Assembly (NCBI GenBank): GCA_964556635.1
Contig: CAZKWW010000001.1
Span: 1-27,700, forward strand
Origin: an uncultured Candidatus Ruthturnera sp.
Lineage (GTDB): Bacteria > Pseudomonadota > Gammaproteobacteria > PS1 > Pseudothioglobaceae
DNA length: 27,700 bases
Direction: 5' to 3'
A program made the translations under genes and the position numbers. Positions 18,737 through 26,061 of this stretch are shown one piece after another (the stretch's first letter is position 1; each line of letters begins with the position of its first letter). Under the pieces are notes generated by a model that had not been told where the DNA came from, did no database searches, and saw only the letters and a list, made by a program, of their open reading frames with translations.

Positions 18737-19306
18737 TCAAACTTTGTTAAGGCTTGGTGTTGGCGTTGATACAAAAAAAGGCAATAATTTTAATACTGTC
18801 CAAATCACTACGATACCGCCGATCATATCGCCTACCAAGTAGTGTGATAAGAAATCTATTGGATTGATGCTAAAGACTTCACTCTTAGCATAAATTATAA
18901 ATCTTGATAGCGCATGAATAATAGCAGTGACAAAAATCAAGAACAAAACATGTCTGAAATTAATATTTTTTAACTCAGAAAAATCAACCATCTTAAGCTT
19001 TTGTATAAACCACATTGAAATTAGCGGTGCCAGCGCACCCATCAAAGCGCCCACAGCACCCCAAGCAAAATTACCACCCCATGAGCTAAATAAAACAACA
19101 CCACAAAAAACACAACTGGCCATCACGCCGGTCAACACTTGACGACCAAATAATAAAAACACCAAAATTTTTGCACCAATCGGTAAATACAAATACGTAC
19201 CAACTTCTACATCAAAATTTGAAAGATACTTCATGGCAACAGAAGCCAAAAAAATCGCCAAAAAGGCGATTAAGTTATTAATGATCAATGACTTGTGTTG
19301 TTCCAT
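18737..19306 (-). CDS. Standalone MASE1-like integral membrane sensor, paralogue B
   Basis: YLYLPIGAKILVFLLFG, LAP, IN..H..FL, YLVGDMIGGIV shared with paralogue A; no output domain. Confidence 0.7.
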   Translation of the reverse strand: MEQHKSLIINNLIAFLAIFLASVAMKYLSNFDVEVGTYLYLPIGAKILVFLLFGRQVLTGVMASCVFCGVVLFSSWGGNFAWGAVGALMGALAPLISMWFIQKLKMVDFSELKNINFRHVLFLIFVTAIIHALSRFIIYAKSEVFSINPIDFLSHYLVGDMIGGIVVIWTVLKLLPFFVSTPTPSLNKV

Positions 19307-19330
19307 ATATGGCTTTTCTTCTTATTACAA

Positions 19331-19353
19331 ATAGGCCTTTCGCCTATAGGCGA
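19331..19353. promoter_or_regulatory. Palindromic element upstream of MASE1 paralogue B (candidate operator or hairpin)
   Basis: Perfect 14-bp palindrome TCGCCTATAGGCGA (19340-19353) overlapping a second inverted repeat ATAGGC-CTTTC-GCCTAT (19331-19347); minus-strand TAAAAT at 19359-19364. Confidence 0.5.
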
Positions 19354-19385
19354 TTAGCATTTTATTGTTAATTTTTTACGGCTGA

Positions 19386-19667
19386 CTACTTGTTATAAGT
19401 CAGGATCATTGCGCGTCTATCAGCGCTTGATTGTGTGGCGGTGATAATGTCGTTAGACAATAAAACACCGACGGCTCTTTTGATGGTAGATAACGAATAT
19501 TTAGCAAAATATTGGTTTTTAGTCACCGCTGTAATCGTTGCATCTTTTTGATGCATGATAAATTCTAACACGGCTTTTTCTACTTCTGAAAGTTGGTCAA
19601 AGCCTAACTCACGCTCGTAGTTGTCTAACGACTCTCTTAACTCAAATAATTTTTTTAATACGCTCAT
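19386..19667 (-). CDS. Small MarR-like winged-helix DNA-binding protein, paralogue A
   Basis: LSEVEKAVLEFI, recognition helix SLSTIKRAVGVLLS, wing DRRAMIL; SD GAGGGG. Confidence 0.8.
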   Translation of the reverse strand: MSVLKKLFELRESLDNYERELGFDQLSEVEKAVLEFIMHQKDATITAVTKNQYFAKYSLSTIKRAVGVLLSNDIITATQSSADRRAMILTYNK

Positions 19668-19694
19668 AAAAATCCCCTCTAGTTTTTATATTGA

Positions 19695-19982
19695 TTAGTT
19701 GTCTAAACAAAAAGACAAATACATCTTACGCTTGTCGTCTTCTGCTTGTTGTGACTTAATCGCACCAATTGATAATAACTTAGCTACCACACGATTAACG
19801 GTTGATAATGAAATTTTTGAAAAATACGGATGCTTCAAAATATCAGAAATGGTGGTTTGTTTTTGATTGCTCACAAATTCCAGAATACTGCGCTCAATCT
19901 CAGAATAGTCTTGAATACCAAGTGCTATTTCTTGCTCATGTAGTGCTTCTCTTAACTTAAATAGCCTTTCTAATGCTTCCAT
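19695..19982 (-). CDS. Small MarR-like winged-helix DNA-binding protein, paralogue B
   Basis: SLSTVNRVVAKLLS, wing DKRKMYL; from ATG at 19982 it aligns without gaps to paralogue A (40/93 identical by hand). TTG at 20003 is the alternative start. Confidence 0.8.
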   Translation of the reverse strand: MEALERLFKLREALHEQEIALGIQDYSEIERSILEFVSNQKQTTISDILKHPYFSKISLSTVNRVVAKLLSIGAIKSQQAEDDKRKMYLSFCLDN

Positions 19983-20071
19983 GTCTTTTAAAAATAGTTT
20001 CAACCTGACTAGATTATATAATAAATAATCATTAAGTGTATATCATAAAAATATATTTTTACTAAAGATAG

Positions 20072-20080
20072 TGTTATAAT
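20072..20080 (+). promoter_or_regulatory. Candidate extended -10 promoter (TGtTATAAT)
   Basis: Perfect TGn-TATAAT with no ORF of size directly downstream; no recognisable -35. Confidence 0.45.
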
Positions 20081-20086
20081 TCATGG

Positions 20087-20159
20087 CAACCTTGGTGTGT
20101 GGGTTATAAAAAATACTGTTTTTTATCTTCTCTCCTTAATAGAAGATCCGTACATCAAG
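20087..20159. ncRNA. Candidate small RNA / structured leader between convergent promoters
   Basis: Hairpins ATAAAAAA-TACTG-TTTTTTAT (20106-20126) and ATCTTCT-CTCCTTAAT-AGAAGAT (20125-20147); bounded by promoter-like motifs on both strands. Strand and ends unproven. Confidence 0.35.
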
Positions 20160-20165
20160 TTTCTT

Positions 20166-20194
20166 ATTGTAAAAGTTATATATATATATATCAA
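20166..20194 (-). promoter_or_regulatory. Sigma70 promoter directed at the winged-helix genes
   Basis: -35 TTGATA (20189-20194), exactly 17-bp spacer (20172-20188), -10 TACAAT (20166-20171). Confidence 0.65.
20177..20191. repeat. (TA)7T dinucleotide microsatellite
   Basis: TATATATATATATAT read directly; fills most of the spacer of the minus-strand promoter. Confidence 0.9.
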
Positions 20195-20203
20195 TAAAAT
20201 GCA

Positions 20204-20212
20204 TGCTATAAT
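20204..20212 (+). promoter_or_regulatory. Extended -10 promoter for hupB (TGcTATAAT)
   Basis: TG at 20204-20205, TATAAT at 20207-20212, ~100 nt ahead of the hupB ATG. Confidence 0.6.
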
Positions 20213-20220
20213 AAACCAAT

Positions 20221-20281
20221 CTTGGGGATTAGAAAAAATACTTGTCTCTCTCCTTAGAAAAATGAGTTGCTAATTCCCAGG
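20221..20281 (+). promoter_or_regulatory. Structured 5' leader of hupB
   Basis: CUUGGGGAUUAG (20221-20232) pairs fully with CUAAUUCCCAGG (20270-20281), 12 bp with two G-U pairs, enclosing 37 nt that contain UCUCUCCUUA. Confidence 0.55.
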
Positions 20282-20312
20282 ACCTTAATTCAACAAATAG
20301 GATAAATATAAA

Positions 20313-20585
20313 ATGAACAAATCAGAATTAATTGATGCAATTGCATCAGAAGCAGGAATTTCTAAAGCAGATGCAGCTCGTGCATTAAACGCAACAACAG
20401 ATGCAATTACTGGCGCTATGGCTAAAGGTGATGGCGTACAACTAACAGGCTTTGGTAGCTTTGTTGTTAGAGATCGTGCAGCACGTACAGGCCGCAACCC
20501 ACAAACTGGTGCAACTATCCAGATTGCAGCAAGCAAAGTGGCAGCCTTTAAAGCAGGTAAAGCATTGAAAGAAGCGGTTAACTAA
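20313..20585 (+). CDS. hupB: Nucleoid-associated protein HU
   Basis: [44 protein letters not shown]. Confidence 0.95.
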   Translation: MNKSELIDAIASEAGISKADAARALNATTDAITGAMAKGDGVQLTGFGSFVVRDRAARTGRNPQTGATIQIAASKVAAFKAGKALKEAVN

Positions 20586-20600
20586 AAACCATTACTTCAT

Positions 20601-20634
20601 TAATAAAAAAGCGCCAATTGGCGCTTTTTTATTA
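20601..20634. terminator. Bidirectional intrinsic terminator between hupB and the kinase gene
   Basis: Perfect 34-bp palindrome TAATAAAAAAGCGCCAA/TTGGCGCTTTTTTATTA between convergent genes. Confidence 0.92.
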
Positions 20635-20651
20635 CCTAAAACAATAACAAC

Positions 20652-21593
20652 TTAAAATAAAGGCTCACCATAATTTTGTTGGTATAGTTTTTCTATTTTA
20701 TCTATATCAAATTGATGATTCTGCGTACCTAAATGGGCAATCTTAATTGCACCTAATAGCCCTGCCAGTTGGCCAGTGGTTTTCCAATCCATATCATTCA
20801 TCAAACCATACAACAAACCTGCGCGATAAGCATCGCCGCAACCGGTTGGATCTTGTGTTGCGTCTGCCTTAGCCGGTGCAATAGCAATCACCTCGCCAGC
20901 AGTATGAATTTCACTACCTTCGCCACCTTTGGTGATAATCAGCGCATCCACCATTGAAGCAATGGCTTCAAGATCAAGCCCGGTTTTGTCTTGCAACATT
21001 TGTGATTCATAATCATTCACCGCCACATAAGTCGCTTGCTTGACAAACGTTGTCAGCTCTTCGCCTGAAAACATTGGCATGCCCTGACCCGGATCAAACA
21101 TAAAGGGGATATTGGCATCAGCAAACTGCGCAGCATGCTCAATCATACCGTCACGACCATCGGGAGAAACAATACCAATATCTACCACGCTGGCATCACT
21201 GACTTTGTTTTGGTGAGAGTCACTCATCGCGCCTGGATGAAAAGCGGTAATTTGGTTGTCATCCATGTCAGTGGTAATGAATGCCTGCCCAGTATAAGCA
21301 CCTTCGATAACTTTCATGTGTGTGGTGTTCATGTGGTGTGTTTCCATCCATTTCATGTATGGCGCAAAGTCTTCACCCACAGTGGCCATTGGCACAGAAC
21401 TAGCCCCTAATAAATGAAGATTATACGCAATGTTGCCACCACAGCCACCAAACTCCTTGCGCATGGTTGGCACCAAAAATGAAATATTTAGCATGTGTAC
21501 TTTATCAGGCAAAATATGATTTTTAAATTGATCTTGAAACACCATAATTGAATCGAAGGCATAAGAGCCGCAAATAAGTGCTGTTTTTGACAT
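20652..21593 (-). CDS. PfkB-family carbohydrate kinase, probable adenosine kinase
   Basis: FGGCGGNIAY, FDPGQ, VNDYE, ITKGGEGS, DPTGCGDAYRAG PfkB signature. Confidence 0.82.
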   Translation of the reverse strand: MSKTALICGSYAFDSIMVFQDQFKNHILPDKVHMLNISFLVPTMRKEFGGCGGNIAYNLHLLGASSVPMATVGEDFAPYMKWMETHHMNTTHMKVIEGAYTGQAFITTDMDDNQITAFHPGAMSDSHQNKVSDASVVDIGIVSPDGRDGMIEHAAQFADANIPFMFDPGQGMPMFSGEELTTFVKQATYVAVNDYESQMLQDKTGLDLEAIASMVDALIITKGGEGSEIHTAGEVIAIAPAKADATQDPTGCGDAYRAGLLYGLMNDMDWKTTGQLAGLLGAIKIAHLGTQNHQFDIDKIEKLYQQNYGEPLF

Positions 21594-21620
21594 AATTTTT
21601 TTTCCTAATTTTTAACCCAA

Positions 21621-21637
21621 CATAGGCAAGGCCTATG
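21621..21637. repeat. Short intergenic inverted repeat directly after the ispH stop
   Basis: CATAGGC-AAG-GCCTATG, 7-bp stem, no U tract on the coding strand. Confidence 0.55.
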
Positions 21638-22561
21638 TCATCTTAATTCTTCTGGTACTGGAAAATGAACGTTTTCCTGTGTGCCACTGACTTCAATGGT
21701 TTCGCTTGCACCATGATCAAATAAATAGTTAACCACCTCTTGCACCAATACCTCAGGCGCTGAGGCGCCAGCAGTGACACCGACAGTATTCACGCCTTCT
21801 AGCCAGCTTGCTTGTATTTCATCTGCGCCGTCAATTAAATAGGCATTTTTATTGAGTTTTTCGGCAATCTCACGCAAACGATTTGAGTTGCTAGAATTGC
21901 TAGAGCCTAGCACCAACAACACCTCAGAATTTTGCATTAAGACTTTAACTGCATCTTGTCGGTTTTGTGTGGCATAGCAAATGTCGTCTTTTTTTGGTGA
22001 TTTTATATCAGGAAATTTATCCTTAAGCGCATCCACAATCTGCTGTGTATCGTCAACCGACAACGTAGTTTGGGTTGTGTAAGACAAATGCTCATTATTC
22101 AGGTTTAGTTGATTGACATCATCCACAGTTTCAATTAGCTCAACACTCGTGCCTTCACTTGACTGGCCTAGAGTGCCCTCTACTTCTGGGTGCCCTTCAT
22201 GGCCAATCAAAATCACTTTGTGGTTTTGCTTTTGTTTGCGCGCTACTTCTTTGTGCACTTTCGTTACTAGTGGACAAGTAGCATCATAAACCGTTGCACC
22301 GATTTGATTTGCCTGCTGCCGTACCGCTTGAGACACCCCGTGGGCACTAAAAATCACCACTTCACCTGCAGGCACCTCAGCTATTTCCTTTACAAAAATA
22401 GCGCCTTTAGCTTTAAGATCTTCCACCACAAATTTATTGTGAACCACTTCATTGCGCACATAGATAGGCGCGCCATGTCGCTCAATCGCACGTTCAACAA
22501 TTTCAATTGCACGATCAACGCCGGCACAAAATCCTCTAGGATTGGCCAATAAAACCCTCAT
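21638..22561 (-). CDS. ispH: 4-hydroxy-3-methylbut-2-enyl diphosphate reductase
   Basis: [58 protein letters not shown]. Confidence 0.98.
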   Translation of the reverse strand: MRVLLANPRGFCAGVDRAIEIVERAIERHGAPIYVRNEVVHNKFVVEDLKAKGAIFVKEIAEVPAGEVVIFSAHGVSQAVRQQANQIGATVYDATCPLVTKVHKEVARKQKQNHKVILIGHEGHPEVEGTLGQSSEGTSVELIETVDDVNQLNLNNEHLSYTTQTTLSVDDTQQIVDALKDKFPDIKSPKKDDICYATQNRQDAVKVLMQNSEVLLVLGSSNSSNSNRLREIAEKLNKNAYLIDGADEIQASWLEGVNTVGVTAGASAPEVLVQEVVNYLFDHGASETIEVSGTQENVHFPVPEELR

Positions 22562-22968
22562 TAGTTTTTCTCGAGGACTTCTACTTGGAACGACACATCA
22601 CAACCCGCTAAAGGGTGATTAAAATTGACCGTGACTTCATCGCCATCAACTTTATCAATACAGCCCACATAAGAATCACCCGTTGGTGTTTCAAATTCAA
22701 CAGCAGCATCTACCTCTATGGTCATGTCTTCAGGAAAGTCGGCACGATTCATCACTTGAATTGCCTCATCATAAATGCCACCAAAAGCTTCTTCGGAAGT
22801 AAGTAAAAAGGTTTGTAGCTTTCCAACTGTTGCCTCTTCTACACAAGACTCCAAACAAGGATCAAGCTGGCCATCGCCAAGCTCAAATTCAAAAGGAGTA
22901 TCAAGCGCTTCATCAGCCACCGCACCGTTTGAGTGGGTGAGTTTGTACAGCAGTTTGTATTTAGCCAT
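22561..22968 (-). CDS. fkpB: FKBP-type peptidyl-prolyl isomerase (SlyD/SlpA type)
   Basis: [27 protein letters not shown]; ATG at 22968 overlaps the accD stop, TAATG coupling to ispH, the usual fkpB-ispH order. Confidence 0.82.
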   Translation of the reverse strand: MAKYKLLYKLTHSNGAVADEALDTPFEFELGDGQLDPCLESCVEEATVGKLQTFLLTSEEAFGGIYDEAIQVMNRADFPEDMTIEVDAAVEFETPTGDSYVGCIDKVDGDEVTVNFNHPLAGCDVSFQVEVLEKN

Positions 22969-23800
22969 GTAATGCTTGTAATAGCTGATGTACTTTATTA
23001 CGCAAGTCTTTACGGTGCACAATTAGATCTATTGCGCCTTTTTCAAGCAAAAATTCACTGCGTTGAAAACCTTCAGGTAGTGTTTCACGCACTGTTTGCT
23101 CTACCACACGTGGGCCAGCAAAACCAATCAGTGCGTTTGGCTCGGCAATATGGATATCGCCCAACATAGCAAAACTAGCAGACACACCACCCATGGTTGG
23201 GTCAGTTAGAACAGAGAAAAATGGGATTTTCTTATCGCTAAGTTGTTTTAATACCAAGGCAGTTTTACTCATTTGCATTAAAGAAAACAAGCCTTCTTGC
23301 ATGCGCGCACCGCCAGAAGCTGAAAAACAGATCAGTGGGGAATTAGTACGGATACTTTCTTGTGCGGCGCGTACAAATTTCTCGCCGACGACAGAACCCA
23401 TTGAGCCGCCCATAAATTTAAACTCAAATGCCGCAGCCACGACGCTCATGCCATTTAAGGTGCCTTTTTTAACCACTAAGGCATCTTTTTCACCGGTGTT
23501 TTTTTGTGCTTGTGAATAACGGTCTTTGTATTTTTTTTGATCTTTGAACTTTAACGGATCAACCGCAACCAAATTAGCACCAATTTCTTCTTGGCCATCA
23601 ATATCTAAAAAACTTTCTAGCCGAACTCTGGCAGAAATACGCATATGGTGATCACAGTTTGGACACACATAAGTTTGCTCTTTGAGCTCTTCTTCGTATA
23701 ATGTAGATTCACATTTGGGGCATTTACTCCACAAGCCCTCAGGAATGTTCTTTTTTACAACATTGGTAATTGAAGGTAATATTTTTTCCAGCCAACTCAT
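22961..23800 (-). CDS. accD: Acetyl-CoA carboxylase carboxyltransferase beta subunit
   Basis: [10 protein letters not shown]...CPNC zinc finger, [33 protein letters not shown]. Confidence 0.98.
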   Translation of the reverse strand: MSWLEKILPSITNVVKKNIPEGLWSKCPKCESTLYEEELKEQTYVCPNCDHHMRISARVRLESFLDIDGQEEIGANLVAVDPLKFKDQKKYKDRYSQAQKNTGEKDALVVKKGTLNGMSVVAAAFEFKFMGGSMGSVVGEKFVRAAQESIRTNSPLICFSASGGARMQEGLFSLMQMSKTALVLKQLSDKKIPFFSVLTDPTMGGVSASFAMLGDIHIAEPNALIGFAGPRVVEQTVRETLPEGFQRSEFLLEKGAIDLIVHRKDLRNKVHQLLQALHG

Positions 23801-23810
23801 AATAGATCCC

Positions 23811-24611
23811 TTATTTTACGGCAGCTGAAATTTCAGCTGACAATGCGCCAATACTTGCTAACATTTTATCCCTATCTGCGGCATATTGCTCAACAAATGA
23901 AACCAGAGACGAGCCAACAATTACCGCATCAGCTGAGGCAGAAACCGCCTTGGCAGTGGTAGCATCTTTAATACCAAAGCCAACACCTACTGGTAAATCA
24001 ATAAATTGGCGAATTCTAGCCATGTTGGTATTGACTGCATCAACATCAATATGGCCGGCACCTGTTACCCCTTTAAGCGAGACAAAATAAACAAAACCTG
24101 AGGCAACATTGGCCAAAAATTCTAAACGATCATTGGTGGTAGTCGGCGCCACCAGAAAGATAAAATCAATATCAACACCGCCTAAACATCGTTTTAAATC
24201 ATGTGCTTCTTCTGGTGGCATATCAACCACTAATACGCCGTCTACACCGCTCTTACTTGCTGCATCGGCAAAAGCTTGATAGCCGAAAACCTCAATTGGA
24301 TTCAAATAACCCATCAAAACAATGGCAGTGGTGTCATTGGTTTGTCTAAATTTTTTGACTAAATCAAGCACATCGTGCAAACTAACACCATCAGCTACAG
24401 CGCGCTCATGCGACTTGGCAATCATCGGGCCATCGGCCATCGGATCAGAAAATGGTACGCCCAGTTCAATCACATCAGCGCCACTATCAACCAAGGTTTG
24501 CATTAAATCAAAAGTATTATCTAAACCGCTATCACCCGCAGTAATAAACGGAATAAAAGCCTTGGTGCCGGCTTCATTTAATTGATTAAAAACTGTTGTA
24601 ATTCTAGACAT
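23811..24611 (-). CDS. trpA: Tryptophan synthase alpha chain
   Basis: [49 protein letters not shown]. Confidence 0.97.
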   Translation of the reverse strand: MSRITTVFNQLNEAGTKAFIPFITAGDSGLDNTFDLMQTLVDSGADVIELGVPFSDPMADGPMIAKSHERAVADGVSLHDVLDLVKKFRQTNDTTAIVLMGYLNPIEVFGYQAFADAASKSGVDGVLVVDMPPEEAHDLKRCLGGVDIDFIFLVAPTTTNDRLEFLANVASGFVYFVSLKGVTGAGHIDVDAVNTNMARIRQFIDLPVGVGFGIKDATTAKAVSASADAVIVGSSLVSFVEQYAADRDKMLASIGALSAEISAAVK

Positions 24612-24618
24612 AACTAAG

Positions 24619-24627
24619 ATTGTATCA
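24619..24627 (-). promoter_or_regulatory. Extended -10 promoter 7 nt ahead of the trpA ATG
   Basis: Minus strand TGA-TACAAT-CTTAGTT-ATG; no SD in the gap. Confidence 0.5.
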
Positions 24628-24629
24628 CA

Positions 24630-25667
24630 CTATGACTTGGCGCTAAATTCGTGCACGCTATCGACCAGCACTTTCATATTCTCAGGATCAACATCTGGGG
24701 TGATACCATGACCTAAATTAAAGATGTGACCTGTGTCGCCTTTAAACTGGCTTAATACTTTTTTCACTTCTGCTCTCACAATATCAGGAGTTGCGTACAT
24801 AACAGCAGGATCTAGATTACCCTGGATTGCTACTTTGTCGCCAATTTTCTGCTCAACCTCACCAAGCTCAACTGTCCAATCAATACCCACGCCATCACAG
24901 CCAGTGTTGGCAATTTCATTCAGATGCTTACCGCCATTTTTACTAAATAAAGTAATCGGTGTCTTTGGATGTTTTGTCTTAACACCATTCACAATTTTTG
25001 ACATGTAGCTTAGCGAAAAATCTAAGTAATTAGATTTAGATAACACACCGCCCCAAGTATCAAACACCATCAAACTATCTGCACCACTGAGTACTTGTTG
25101 ATCTAAATAAGCAATCACGCTGTCGGCTAATTTATCTAATAATAAATGCAATATTTGTGGGTCGTTAAAGAGCATGGCTTTAGTTTTGGCAAAGGTTTTA
25201 CTGCTACCGCCCTCAATCATATAAGTAGCGAGTGTCCAAGGGCTGCCACTAAAACCAATCAGTGGTGCACGTGTGCCCAATGCTGTTTTAATCGTTGATA
25301 CTGCGTCAAATACATAAGCCAGGTCATTATTAACGTCTGATGGAATCGCTTCAATATCCGCTAATGTTTGAATAGGACGTTCAAATTTTGGCCCTTCGCC
25401 TTCACTAAAATACAAACCTAAGCCCATGGCATCAGGAATGGTTAGAATGTCAGAAAATAAAATCGCCGCATCAAGGTCAAATCGATCAATTGGTTGCATG
25501 GTTACTTCACAAGCAAGCTGTGGATTTTTACACAGACTCATAAAATCACCTGCTTTTTTTCGAGTGGCGCGATACTCAGGCAAATAACGGCCTGCTTGGC
25601 GCATTACCCAAATAGGGGTGCGTGTTGTTGGTTGCTTTAATAAGGCGTTAATATAGTCGAACGACAT
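24630..25667 (-). CDS. hemE: Uroporphyrinogen decarboxylase
   Basis: [52 protein letters not shown]. Confidence 0.98.
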   Translation of the reverse strand: MSFDYINALLKQPTTRTPIWVMRQAGRYLPEYRATRKKAGDFMSLCKNPQLACEVTMQPIDRFDLDAAILFSDILTIPDAMGLGLYFSEGEGPKFERPIQTLADIEAIPSDVNNDLAYVFDAVSTIKTALGTRAPLIGFSGSPWTLATYMIEGGSSKTFAKTKAMLFNDPQILHLLLDKLADSVIAYLDQQVLSGADSLMVFDTWGGVLSKSNYLDFSLSYMSKIVNGVKTKHPKTPITLFSKNGGKHLNEIANTGCDGVGIDWTVELGEVEQKIGDKVAIQGNLDPAVMYATPDIVRAEVKKVLSQFKGDTGHIFNLGHGITPDVDPENMKVLVDSVHEFSAKS

Positions 25668-25740
25668 AGAGTATTTGGTTAAAAAATTAATAGTGCAATG
25701 ATTATAACGATTTTTGCCTTAAACACCCATGCAATCGGGC

Positions 25741-25773
25741 ATAAAAAAAGCCACATAAGTGGCTCTTTTTATT
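25741..25773. terminator. Intrinsic terminator downstream of rpmE
   Basis: ATAAAAAAAGCCAC-ATAA-GTGGCTCTTTTTATT stem-loop with T tracts on both strands. Confidence 0.85.
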
Positions 25774-25786
25774 GAATGCTTGGTGT

Positions 25787-25999
25787 TTAACGCTTGAATG
25801 AAGCGTAACGTGATTTAAACTTCTCAACACGACCAGCAGTATCCATAATTTTTTGCTTTCCTGTGTAAAAAGGGTGGCAGCTAGAGCACACATCTAAGTG
25901 TAATTCTTCTTTACCAATGGTTGAGCGCGACTCAAAAGTATTGCCGCAAGAACATACAACTTTTACAGCGTCGTAATTAGGGTGAATATCTGTTTTCAT
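25787..25999 (-). CDS. rpmE: 50S ribosomal protein L31 (Zn-binding type)
   Basis: [13 protein letters not shown] and [19 protein letters not shown]. Confidence 0.97.
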   Translation of the reverse strand: MKTDIHPNYDAVKVVCSCGNTFESRSTIGKEELHLDVCSSCHPFYTGKQKIMDTAGRVEKFKSRYASFKR

Positions 26000-26061
26000 G
26001 TTTATAACGTTTGTGTAAATCTCAAAGAGGGGGAATTATATACTATTCTTACAAATCGTGC

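Noticed and set aside
18171-18841. 29-nt near-identical direct repeat (18171-18199 and 18813-18841, 27/29)
   Set aside because: Both copies encode the YLVGDMIGGI motif of the two MASE1 paralogues and differ at synonymous positions; explained by paralogy, although gene conversion is not excluded.
20043-20084. 13-codon minus-strand ORF MNYNTIFSKNIFL in the wHTH leader
   Set aside because: Weak SD (AAGG), no amino-acid run or attenuator; expected by chance in A/T-rich DNA. Ribosome profiling would be needed.
20129-20256. Perfect SD TAAGGAG twice on the minus strand suggesting hidden small genes
   Set aside because: No ATG/GTG/TTG at 4-12 nt downstream of either copy.
20601-20634. 34-bp perfect palindrome as a mobile element end or cruciform
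   Set aside because: Short GC stem with A/T tails between convergent genes; fully explained as a bidirectional terminator.
22969-23022. Longer N-terminus for fkpB given by the ORF track
   Set aside because: It overlaps the accD coding region by 62 nt; ATG 22968 gives normal translational coupling.
25719-25790. Outer inverted repeat TTAAACACC / GGTGTTTAA around the rpmE terminator
   Set aside because: Only 9 bp of A/T-rich match, one arm overlaps the rpmE stop; no further support for a larger RNA structure.
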